Shown: positions 57,494-64,000 of the stretch, piece by piece
Layout of the letters: each line of letters begins with the position of its first letter
Numbering within the stretch: the first letter of the stretch is position 1
Source of the DNA: Piromyces finnis finn
Lineage: Eukaryota > Fungi > Neocallimastigomycota
Length of the DNA stretch: 64,000 nt
Reading direction: 5' to 3'
Assembly (NCBI GenBank): GCA_002104945.1
Contig: MCFH01000083.1
Location: 104,387 to 168,386, forward strand
Notes under the pieces: model-generated
What the model was told of the DNA's origin: nothing
Seen by the model: the letters and a program-made list of their open reading frames with translations, nothing else
Databases searched by the model: none
Made by a program: the position numbers and the translations under genes

Positions 57494-58250
57494 TTTAATA
57501 TATGAAAAAAAATTGTAGTTACAAAAAATTTTTAAATTAGAATTTCCTATTTATTTTTAAAATTTATATACTTTGTTTTTTTTTAAATGATATAAATAAT
57601 ATATATATATTTTATTTTATTTTATTATATAAATAGTTATAAACATTAAATTTTGTCTTCAAAAGAATATTAAAAATAAATAAATGAATAAATAAATGAT
57701 ATAATAATTAATAACAAATAATTAATATTTAAATAAATATCAATATTTTTTTGTAAAATTTTATTTAAATTTCTTTTAATATATTCATTGCAGCTATACA
57801 TATAATTAATGATTTTCTCATATTTAAAATAATAAGTTATGTTTTTGAACAAAATTAATTTTTATTATATATTTGTATTAATCCAGTTTTATTAGTTATT
57901 TTATTTTTATTTAATTTTTATTAATTTTATTCTTCATAAACTACTTATACAATAAACTTTTTAATATTTTTAATTTCAAATTAGAGTTTATTATTTTTTT
58001 GAAACTAGCATTAACTATATTTTATTTATAAATGCTAAATAATAATTTTATTTTTTATTTCAAAAAAATTAATAGTATATTTGAATAAAAATATTAATAA
58101 TAATTATTAGAAATCATAATAAATATTTTAAAATTAATTATATAGATAAATAAATTTCATATATTTTAAAATTTTACCACACAATCGAGTGCTTTAAAGT
58201 TTATATATTACACTTTAAACTTGTGATATTAAAAATTTATGAATTTTGGA

Positions 58251-58972
58251 TTATATTGATTGGAAAAAAGATGTTTCTATAAATGATATATCAATTGGAG
58301 AAAGAGGCGCACAAATATTATTTAAATCGTTTTCTTTACGAATTATTGAATTTCTTTCTATTATTTTATACTTTGAATTATATATATTATTATTCATTAT
58401 ATATTGAAAGTTAGATACATTATTAGTAGTTTCAAAACATCCATTATTACTATTTACAATTATTCCTGAAGGGGCCCATGGTTTATTAATAATGTTTTCC
58501 GATGGTGCACAAGGACTATAAATAATGTTCTCTGAAGGTGCACTAGGCACACTTATAATTAAATTTGGTGGTTCATTAGGTAATAATGCATTATTATTAT
58601 TAAAACTTTTTTTAAGTATATCTCTTTTCTACTACTATTTTTATTCGAATTTAAATTTGATGATATATTGATATTAATATTAGTTAAAATTTTGATATTA
58701 TTATTACTATTATTATCCTTTTCATTATTTATTTTATTTTCATTTGAAACACTTAGTTTTAAATTATTAACATTGTTAATATGTTTGTTTTTATCATTAT
58801 TTTTGTTCCTTTTTTCTTTTAAATTATTTATATTTTTGTTATAAACATTTTTTCTTTTATTAGTTATATAGATTATTATTATAGTTAAAATTCCTATAAC
58901 AATAGTTGCAACAATAATATAGTATATAATCTGTAAAACATTAATAATATTTAGGAATTCTTTTAAATTCAT
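58251..58972 (-). CDS. Single-pass membrane protein (~240 aa) with PSAP-like repeats, split by a 1-nt frameshift at 58625-58628
   Basis: N-terminal TM segment IIYYIIVATIVIGILTIIIIYI then KRK; one extra A joins it in frame to ..LPNEPPNLIISVPSAPSEN..PCAPSEN..PWAPSG. Confidence 0.6.
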
Positions 58973-61200
58973 TATATTTAAAATATTGTGATTATATATT
59001 TTTATTTAACTTCTTTATTTAATATGATTTCAATATTTTTATTTAAAGAAATAATAATAATTTCACATCTATATATAAAAAGTTTTTAAAAATTATTAAT
59101 TTTACAAAATTTTGGTTTTATTACTAATTATTTTGCTTATTTTATTAAGCTTAAATATAATAATTAAAATATAAAATATGTCATTCAATATTAATTAAAA
59201 TTAACATATAAAAATATCATTATAGTAAAATATAAAATTTAATATATCTAATATATTTAAACCAATAAACATAATTTATTTTTAAATTATGCTTATTAAG
59301 ATTCATGTTTTTAATAAAGTCTAAACCCTATTTTTTATAATAATAATAGTAATATGTAGAGATAAAAATTTTATAATATATTAATTTTATTTAAATTTTA
59401 TTAAAATATTAAATATATAATACTAAATATAGTATTTAAGTATAATTATTATATTAAATTAATCCTATATTAATTTCAAATTGTAAATTGTATTATTAAC
59501 ATTTTGTTACTCTCTCAATATTTTAAGTGAGAATTTTAATATTAATATTGAATTTAAATTATATATATTTCTTTTTAATAAGGGGAATATTATATGTTAT
59601 ATGAATATATGTGGTAAAGCTTAATGTATAAATAAAATGGTAGCAATTATTAATTATATACATGAGGCCTCTAGATCTATTATTATCCAATATTAAATAG
59701 TAGGGGAACATAACTACCTAGCATTTGGAAGCATTTAGAAGTAGTCAATATTTATTTAATAATTTAAATATTATTATAAAATAAAGAAATGGACTTGTCG
59801 GTTAAAAAAATATTACTTACAATTTATTATTAATCAAATAAATATTAAATAAAATTAAACAAATGTAAAATATCTTTAAAATATATAAATCATTCTTATA
59901 TTTTTTTACTTTATATTTTTATCAAATATTATCATATTATTATAGTTTAATTCTATCATTTTATATTATAATTAGTATATATGTAATTTTTAATTAAAAA
60001 TATAAATTATTTTAATAGTGTTTCATTTACATGCATACATATATGTAATTATAAAATAAAGTTTATTATATATTATAGATAAATGTATTTATAAATATAT
60101 TAAGCCATGCTTTATTTATATATAAATTGCATGTAAACAAAATTATATAAAAAAATTTCATTAAAACCTTTTTGTAATAAATATTATTAATAATTAATAA
60201 ATAAAAATATATATATTTAATAAAAATTAAGATATTATATATATATTTTTTAATTACTTGTAAAAAAAATTGATTTGATATAACTTCTCTTTTTAAAACA
60301 ATATTAATTAGTCAATTACTTAAAGAGTATTAATATATTATATTTTATCATTAAATAATGTTTCCTTTAAAAATATTATATATATAAACTTTATTTTATA
60401 TTGTTTTCTATTATATTATAATTATTAATATATTATAATTATTAATATATAATATCAATTAAAATTTAAAATACATGAAGAATTTCTTTATTATATATAA
60501 TTTGTAGCTTGATTCTATTATACTAAATGTTTTAATATAAGTAAATTAACACATAAATTGATAGGTTTCTATAACAATGTAAATTTTTAATTAAAATTAA
60601 TTTAATTATTTGTTATTAATAGTAATAATAAAAATGAATATAAAGGGTTTTTAATCTCAAGATATATTTTCAATTGTATATCTTTATTTTTTTAACTATT
60701 TTTATTCTATTTGTATTTTTTTTTAGATAAAAAAATTGTTATAATATAAAATTGTTATAAAAACCTTATTTAATAATATAATCGTATATAGTCATATTTT
60801 AGTAGATTAGTAAAAATAAATGATATGTTACTTACTAAGAATATAGGGCTCCATAAAAGAAATTATCATATTCATAGAAGATTAGAATTTATTTTAATAA
60901 TTTATACATATATAATATATAAGACATCTTCTAAATCCGATTAAAAGTAAGATTATATATATCTTTCAATAAATTGTTCAATTTAGAACTTCTTAAATTT
61001 TTAAAATTTATTTTTTAATATGATTTTTAAAGAATATTAATCATTTATATTTTATTATGAAACACTATTTATTTAAATAAAGAACTTTAATTGAATATTA
61101 TTTTATTATATTTTTATTATATATTAATATTTATAATAAATAATAGAATTCCATATTTTTAATATATTTATTAAGTTCTTTTATAATAAAAAATTTAATA

Positions 61201-61690
61201 TTATAATATTGTGCTCCACATCTTATCTTCTATATAATTTTCATATTCAATAGCAACGTCTGAACGATAATAATTTCCTTTATATTCAACATTCTTATTA
61301 ATAGTATAAGTATATATTTCATTAATATATTTATTATCACATTCCATTTTTAATATGAACATAAAAATTTATATTTTTATATTGAGAATCTAATATTTTA
61401 TTCCGAAGATATATTCCCATTGTGGATTATTAACTCTAGTAAATTCTGAATTAGCATCCCATAGTTCATAAGAGTATAAATCTCAATTTGAATGATTTAT
61501 TATATCTGGGTAATTTCCATTTTCATCTTCTATATATTCATTATATATATATGGTCAAATTAAATTTTTTAATTCATTAATATATGGAAACAATACCATT
61601 GGATTAAATATCTTATAAATAATATCTTTAACAATATTTTCAAATCGATTTGAATCATTTAATATTGATATTTCAATATTTATTTTTTAA
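61201..61690 (-). pseudogene. Degraded coding remnant of unknown family
   Basis: One minus-strand frame reads protein-like (..PYIYNEYIEDENGNYPDIINHSN*DLYSYELWDANSEFTRVNNPQWEYIFG..) with about four internal stops. Confidence 0.4.
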
Positions 61691-63079
61691 CGTTTTATTA
61701 AAAATTTAGTGAAAATTATTTACTTTTATACTAAATTATTAACTTTTTATAAATTCTAAAAAAATAATTATAAAACATCCGTTTCCAATTTCTATTATTT
61801 TCTTTATATCTATATACAAAATAATATATATTTTATATTAAAAATTTTTTAATAAAAAATAATAATAAATTACATATATAATAATATATCAAAATTAATA
61901 ATATTATTCTAATATTATCAAAATAGTATATATTATTGTAAAACACACATAATAAAATTTAAATAAAATTTATTTAGTTTTCAAAATATAAACTATATTC
62001 TAAAAAAATAATTTTATTAATTTAATTTTCTCCTTAATTTGAAAAAAAAATGTTACTATTTATTATTTCTGTATTTTTAAATTTAAATGAAAATTCAATA
62101 ATTTAATATTAAATAAATTTTATACTTAATGTGTAATACACAAAATATATGTAATATATGTAATAATTAAATTTAATACAATAAGTTTCACATTTTTAAG
62201 GAGCATATTCTATTATAAAGTGGATGTTTTTTTTTAATATAATAATAAATATGAAATATAAATTATTTTATAATTAAAATATATTATTTATATTTCATTT
62301 TCTTTTTAATTTCAATAATATATTAAATTTAAATAATTTTTTTTATATATATGGCTGTGCATATATATATTACATAACTTTTGATATACACTAAGGTAGA
62401 GAAATAAAATTGAATAATTGATTGGATTTATTACTTTTTTAAAAAATATATATATTAATTGATTGATTATTAAAGACTTATAACAAATATATCATGTTTT
62501 ATTATGAAATCATGCTTAAATTAAAACAAATTACTTTAAATTATCTATATATTATTATTTATTATCATTAATATATTTATTTATTTCCTTTTATTATATT
62601 AATAAACAATGATTTAAACTAAAACATTATCTATGTATCTATGATTATATTATCATATTAAAACTAAATAATTATTAAATTTATTAATTTTAGGTAAATT
62701 TTTTCTGTCAAATATATTTATTTTATAATAAATAAATTCTAAAGTATATATCCATTTTTAATGTAAGATTTATTTTCTACTTTTTTTATTATTATATTTT
62801 TAAAAATACCGATAATTTATTATTTTGTATAATTATATTTTTACTTTAATTTTTTTAAAATATATTTCAAATTATAAATTTAAAAAAAGTTTTTAAATAA
62901 TTTTATAATTTAAAAAGAATTTTTATTAATAAATAATAATTACTATAAGTTAATTTAATGTATTTTTTAATTAAATACTTATATTATACCTTAATAAAAA
63001 AAACCTTTTTATAAATCTTATTTAAATTCGTTTTTATTTTTTTTTATTTATTTATTTTTAAGCTATTTGCAATTTAACA

Positions 63080-64000
63080 TTATAAACAATGACCATAATT
63101 AGTTTGGCAACCTAATCCACAATATTCACTTGTTTTTCCACAATAGCCATAATACGAACAGCAATATCCAGAATGACAATTTCCGTATCCTAATCCACAT
63201 TTTCCATTATTTGATTTACTAGTAACTATCTCACAAGTGCCATAACTATCTTGACATCCTTTATTTGTCTTACAATTAGAATTATTTGAATTAATACATA
63301 AACCTTCTAAAGAACAGCATTCATTATTACTACATTTTTTATTTCCTGAATTTAATCCACATCCATGATACTTATTATCATAAGAATATACTATATGCTT
63401 TCCATTATTAATAAAGTAATTTGATTCTTCCGAAACACCAGAAATAATATTATAAAGACTTATTTTTTTTAAATAATCTAATACTATTTCCGTAGTAAAA
63501 TTTATATTTTGATTTTCACTCATAATAGTAGCAATAACACCTCCTACTATCGGAGCTGAAAATGAAGTTCCACCACTGTATGCATAGTCACAACTATCAT
63601 TTTTATTACAAAAATAATAATTAACATAATATGGTGCATATATATTTACACCTTTTCCGTAATTTGAGTTTTTATGCTTTCTATAAAATTTAGTTTTCAT
63701 TTTTTTGACTGAGCCTTCTTCATATGAAAGGGAGTAATTTTTGTCATTTCCACCAGCATTATCTATTCCCCCAACACATATCACATTTTCAACATAGCAC
63801 GGAAAATGTGCAATGTCATTTTCAATATCATAAACATTTTCTCCATTATTTCCTGCACTATTTACAAATATAATTCCGTATTTTGATAATAAATTTATAT
63901 AGTCTTTAATAAATTTTAAATCTTCATCATTGGAATTTTTAATACTATGTCTTTTTCCTAAGCTAACAACAATAACACTTTTGTTCACTCTAGCTATTGA
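63080..64000 (-). CDS. Subtilisin-like S8 protease with two C-terminal CBM18 domains (host-type gene; 5' part outside the window)
   Basis: VNSAGN oxyanion motif, ICVGG, IYAP, catalytic GGTSFSAPIVGG, two hevein-like Cys domains; frame stays open to the window edge. Confidence 0.9.
   Translation of the reverse strand, partial: SIARVNKSVIVVSLGKRHSIKNSNDEDLKFIKDYINLLSKYGIIFVNSAGNNGENVYDIENDIAHFPCYVENVICVGGIDNAGGNDKNYSLSYEEGSVKKMKTKFYRKHKNSNYGKGVNIYAPYYVNYYFCNKNDSCDYAYSGGTSFSAPIVGGVIATIMSENQNINFTTEIVLDYLKKISLYNIISGVSEESNYFINNGKHIVYSYDNKYHGCGLNSGNKKCSNNECCSLEGLCINSNNSNCKTNKGCQDSYGTCEIVTSKSNNGKCGLGYGNCHSGYCCSYYGYCGKTSEYCGLGCQTNYGHCL

Larger units (their letters stand above)
1..57730. mobile_element. 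Integrated Nucleocytoviricota-derived element, apparently capsid-less; left boundary lies outside the window, right boundary ~57,730
   Basis: Dense cluster of intronless NCLDV core-type genes (PolB, D5, UDG, Rpb1, Rpb2, TFIIS-like, capping enzyme, VETF-L, D6/D11 helicase) between two near-identical direct repeats; beyond ~57,730 the sequence becomes gene-poor and host-like. Confidence 0.85.
54130..57730 (+). repeat. Direct repeat copy 2
   Basis: Matches 1..~3615 with a few SNPs and homopolymer/microsatellite length changes. Confidence 0.97.

Noticed and set aside
1-57730. Polinton/Maverick, Starship or pGKL-type linear plasmid
   Set aside because: PolB is not protein-primed; no element-encoded rve integrase, capsid, tyrosine recombinase or terminal inverted repeats were seen (the only integrase belongs to the Ty3 insertion).
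54130-57730. Pure assembly overlap of a circular contig
   Set aside because: The copies differ by substitutions and sequence continues into host-like DNA after the second copy; a haplotype mis-join is still not excluded.
59581-59760. Slightly GC-richer patch in the host flank
   Set aside because: No ORF, repeat or recognisable structure could be supported.

Overview
Very AT-rich eukaryotic DNA, most likely from an anaerobic gut fungus (Neocallimastigomycota; inferred from base composition, CBM18 proteins and a subtilase-CBM18 gene). Positions 1 to ~57,730 hold an integrated, intronless, Nucleocytoviricota-like element. A near-identical direct repeat (1..~3615 and 54130..~57730) suggests a unit of ~54.1 kb, or ~47.4 kb once two retroelement insertions are removed. 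The unit encodes a minimal cytoplasmic-type replication module: family-B DNA polymerase, D5-like SF3 helicase, UDG and a candidate SSB. It also encodes an early-transcription module: Rpb1 split into two distant genes, Rpb2, a TFIIS/Rpb9 zinc ribbon, a three-domain capping enzyme, a VETF large subunit and a D6/D11 helicase. I recognise no capsid, packaging ATPase, late transcription factor or integrase. Instead the unit carries a block of secreted cargo: a CBM18 protein, a 1275-aa protein with a Cys-bracketed Kex2 loop, a 2207-aa pore-former-like lectin and a GPI-type protein. Most genes, cargo included, have an upstream TAAA(A/T)TGAT motif resembling NCLDV early promoters. My working hypothesis is a capsid-less, giant-virus-derived plasmid-like or killer-like element, analogous to but distinct from yeast pGKL virus-like elements. 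All three large RNA polymerase genes carry lesions in this copy: a nonsense codon, a solo-LTR insertion, and homopolymer frameshifts that may be sequencing errors. A complete, recent Ty3/gypsy chromovirus with a Tf1-like self-priming PBS sits at 13245..19460. Host-like DNA follows ~57,730. All assignments come from motif recognition by eye; no database search was run.
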